A DNA stretch of 5,682 nt, taken from a virus (Duplodnaviria; Heunggongvirae; Uroviricota; Caudoviricetes). Under the pieces are notes generated by a model. That model made no database searches. It saw only the letters and a list, made by a program, of their open reading frames with translations, and was not told where the DNA came from. The stretch lies in the IMG/VR virus record IMGVR_UViG_2778261299_000006, positions 1 to 5,682 of that record; one strand, written 5' to 3'. Within the stretch, counting starts at the first letter, position 1. Each line of letters starts with the position of its first letter. The position numbers and the translations under genes were made by a program. Positions 4,667 to 5,682 of the stretch are shown here, piece by piece.

Positions 4667-5682
4667 TATGTCCACTCCATTACTGTTGAGAATCCCGGCC
4701 ACTCATCAGCGACCGGATACGTGAATTTTTTCCCGTCATAATTTACGGTCGCGCCACGCGCCAGCGCCTCAAGCTCCCATCGCTGCGGCCTGATACCGTT
4801 CTGAGCAAGGTCAACGCGGATACGGGTAATTTGCATTCTTTCCGACCGGGTCAGTCTGACCGATGGTGCAATTTCATGTGGTTTTAACGGGCTTCCGTTT
4901 CTTTGCTGACGGTTTGGCGTTCTCAGGTCGTGTTTTAATGCGCCCCTGAGCGCCCTCACGACCTCCGGTTCATTCCATTCAATAACACCGCCATCAACCA
5001 GATTAAGCACTGCTGCGGCGTGCTCAGAAGGTGTGGGAACCAGTAACGAAGTATCACCACCGGAGAGCTTTCCACAGTTATTGACAGGACTCCGAGGCGC
5101 GGCGATGCCGCTTTTTAAAGTCAAAGGCTCAACGACCGGCACTTTCGGCACAATGCGCCAGTCCGTGGTTCTGGTGATATGAATATGACGCGCGCCGAGA
5201 TGCGGCGCGTAAATGCCGACCACTCTCTCGACTTCTTCCTCGTACTCGTTAACGTCATCCGACGGGCTACGGGCGACCCTGACAGTCTGACAATCGCGCG
5301 GGACATTTGCCCCGCCCTGCGCGCTGATATACAACGCAAAATCACCACTGTCTGCGGCGGCGCGTGCAGCCTCGACGCGTTCGTCAAACTCATCAGCAAT
5401 GCTGACGCCGCGAGGCAATTTGCGTAGTTCACGGTAAGCACCCATTGTCGGCAGGCCAACCGTTTTAAATTGCGGAATGCGCCACGTTGACGCCCATGCG
5501 GTAACAGCCGCGGCAGTATCTTTCAGCGGTCTGCCGGTATCGTTATCGAGCTGCCCATCCAGTGCATAGCCGTCGATATTTTTTGAGATGTATTTCGCGA
5601 TATACCCCGCAGCACCGCCCCGGTTAAGGTGTTTTGCCTGAAAACGGTTTCGCGCGGCTCCTCTTTCGTCACCATCCTCTTT
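4666..5682 (-). CDS. A: Rolling-circle replication initiator, P2 gpA-like; C-terminal 338 codons, 5' end outside the window
   Basis: I translated the minus-strand frame by hand from 5682 down to TAA at 4668-4666 and found no stop, so the gene enters from beyond the window edge. It contains GYIAKYISKNIDGY (Tyr codons at 5604-5602 and 5592-5590), the Y-x-x-K-Y two-tyrosine motif of phiX174/P2-type RCR initiators. The second Tyr is 308 residues from the C-terminus, which fits the P2 A active-site position as I remember it. GC is about 55%. Confidence 0.9.
   Translation of the reverse strand, partial: KEDGDERGAARNRFQAKHLNRGGAAGYIAKYISKNIDGYALDGQLDNDTGRPLKDTAAAVTAWASTWRIPQFKTVGLPTMGAYRELRKLPRGVSIADEFDERVEAARAAADSGDFALYISAQGGANVPRDCQTVRVARSPSDDVNEYEEEVERVVGIYAPHLGARHIHITRTTDWRIVPKVPVVEPLTLKSGIAAPRSPVNNCGKLSGGDTSLLVPTPSEHAAAVLNLVDGGVIEWNEPEVVRALRGALKHDLRTPNRQQRNGSPLKPHEIAPSVRLTRSERMQITRIRVDLAQNGIRPQRWELEALARGATVNYDGKKFTYPVADEWPGFSTVMEWT

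Noticed and set aside
4667-4702. Upstream GTG start at 4702 for the ASCH-like ORF (162 aa in the track)
   Set aside because: That start lies inside gene A. The ATG at 4666 has a properly spaced GGAG and overlaps the A stop codon (TAATG), and the N-terminus MAKIHEV... matches the expected start of the domain.
4541-5459. 66-aa (+), 112-aa (-) and 82-aa (+) ORFs, and the 259-aa ORF start at 5445
   Set aside because: All overlap gene A. The frame containing the 259-aa ORF stays open upstream to the window edge, so the ATG at 5445 is an internal Met of gpA rather than a start. The others are off-frame.
1-5682. tRNA, rRNA, CRISPR arrays, IS elements, integrase or att sites
   Set aside because: I found no spacer-repeat periodicity, no cloverleaf-like conserved tRNA motifs, and no terminal inverted repeats flanking a transposase-like ORF. 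The cargo appears embedded in the phage genome rather than carried by an independent mobile element.

Overview
This window spans the joined cos junction of a P2-like (Peduovirus-type) phage or prophage, a region known as a hotspot for accessory and anti-phage genes. Reading left to right: the last 36 codons of the terminase large-subunit gene (P), the complete portal gene Q (111..1130, + strand), then a convergent, strongly AT-rich two-gene operon on the minus strand (an ABC/AAA_21-like ATPase of 442 aa at 1773..3101, overlapping by 11 nt a 205-aa partner at 1166..1783). The 19-nt P2 cohesive-end sequence follows at 3195..3213. On the other side of cos, all on the minus strand, are an intrinsic terminator, an orphan 174-aa gene (3377..3901), an ASCH/DUF3850-like ORF with a C-terminal HEXXH extension (4214..4666), and the 3' 338 codons of replication initiator gene A (4666..5682), which carries the Y-x-x-K-Y tyrosine motif. 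The most interesting candidate is the ATPase plus small-partner operon between Q and cos. It looks like a two-gene defence module whose effector shows a PD-(D/E)xK-like pattern rather than the HNH or TOPRIM signatures of Septu, PARIS or Gabija; family assignment needs HMM and structure searches that I cannot run. All identifications rest on reading the sequence and on recalled knowledge of P2; no database search was performed.
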